The position numbers and the translations under genes were made by a program. Below are positions 63,078 through 64,000 of a stretch of 64,000 bases of DNA, one piece after another. The notes under the pieces were generated by a model. That model had not been told where the DNA came from. It did not search any database and saw only the letters and a program-made list of their open reading frames with translations. This DNA comes from Narcine bancroftii (lineage: Eukaryota), in assembly GCF_036971445.1 (NCBI RefSeq), contig NC_091479.1, forward strand, positions 79,856,001 to 79,920,000. Reading direction: 5' to 3'. Numbering within the stretch: position 1 is the first letter of the stretch; every line of letters begins with the position of its first letter.

Positions 63078-64000
63078 TAAGAATACATTTCTATGGAGAC
63101 ACTCAAAGAATGTCAATACGTCTTCATAGACCTTGCAGAATCTGTATTTTAATCTTTACAATATTCTCGTAAATCTTTTTTGTACCCTTTCCAGGTTTAA
63201 TAACATCTATCTTATAGCAGGGTGACCAGAACTGCCCACAATACTTCATCACAAGTGTGAAGGTGACCTGTTATTAGGAGAGATTAAAAATGTTTCTGAG
63301 TAACTGCACCCACCAGTTAATACATGCAGAGTCTCAGGGTACATCCTGGGACTTAATCTGGACCAGTCATTTTCCATGGGAACAACCACTGGAAGGCCAC
63401 CCTGATGTCAGCAACAGTAACCAATGTGTTACATCACTTGGAGTAATTGATGTAGAATGCACCTCTCTGTTGGTTCCCTGTTTGAAATGAACATTGAACA
63501 TGTGTAACTCATCAGGAGTTGTTGCACTCTGTGCTGCTGGACTTCCCTGCCATAGTCAAGAGTCTGTGATGCAGAGACCAAAGGGTACAAGTACATGGTT
63601 CCCTGAAAGTGGCGACACAGCTATACAGGGGAGTGAAGAAGGCACACGTTATGCTTGCCTTCATTGGTTAGGCATTGATCCCTTCTTGTCCACCTCAAGG
63701 TCACCTGTACAATATCATCCGCATGTACCTTTATGCCAGCTCATCTATCACTGAAGTCTTTACCTCATTTTACTATTCTAATAGCTGACTAGTCCCTCAC
63801 CTTGAACTGTCCATAAGCATGGATTCCTCCAATGTGCTCCTGCTCATTCACTCACTATACCTGTACTCAGTGATCCACATTGGCTCAGAGAAACAAGTTT
63901 GATTTCTTCTTAAATCTCTCAGATATTCAACCCCCCCCCCCCCGCCTCATTTCTGCAAACTCTTCCAACCCCACAACCCTTAGAAGTACCTGAACTCCTC

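Overview
Vertebrate genomic DNA, most likely from a cartilaginous fish (shark or ray), inferred from the HE1-like V-SINEs and HER1-like CR1 LINEs. Four host genes can be read with canonical GT-AG boundaries. These are the last three coding exons of an ADCK2-like gene (+, 1-738), a complete NDUFB2 (+, 3 coding exons 18681-23298 plus a non-coding last exon), a complete PRDM4 (-, 10 coding exons 44308-31801, about 779 aa) and single-exon ASCL4 (+, 55776-56336). Most of the rest is transposon debris: L1, CR1, RTE, Rex1 and Penelope-like retroelements, a Gypsy provirus lacking RT with a matching solo LTR, V-SINEs, hAT/pogo-type MITEs and a deleted Chapaev3-like element. I found no clearly new multi-gene system. 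The best leads are a non-tRNA primer site in the Gypsy element that is complementary to its own LTR poly(A) signal, the ADCK2-NDUFB2 / PRDM4-ASCL4 juxtaposition, a possible NMD-triggering exon in the NDUFB2 3' UTR, and an RCGTG-bearing minisatellite in PRDM4 intron 1. All family and gene calls come from recognising motifs by eye, not from database searches, and repeat boundaries are approximate unless a TSD or TIR is given.
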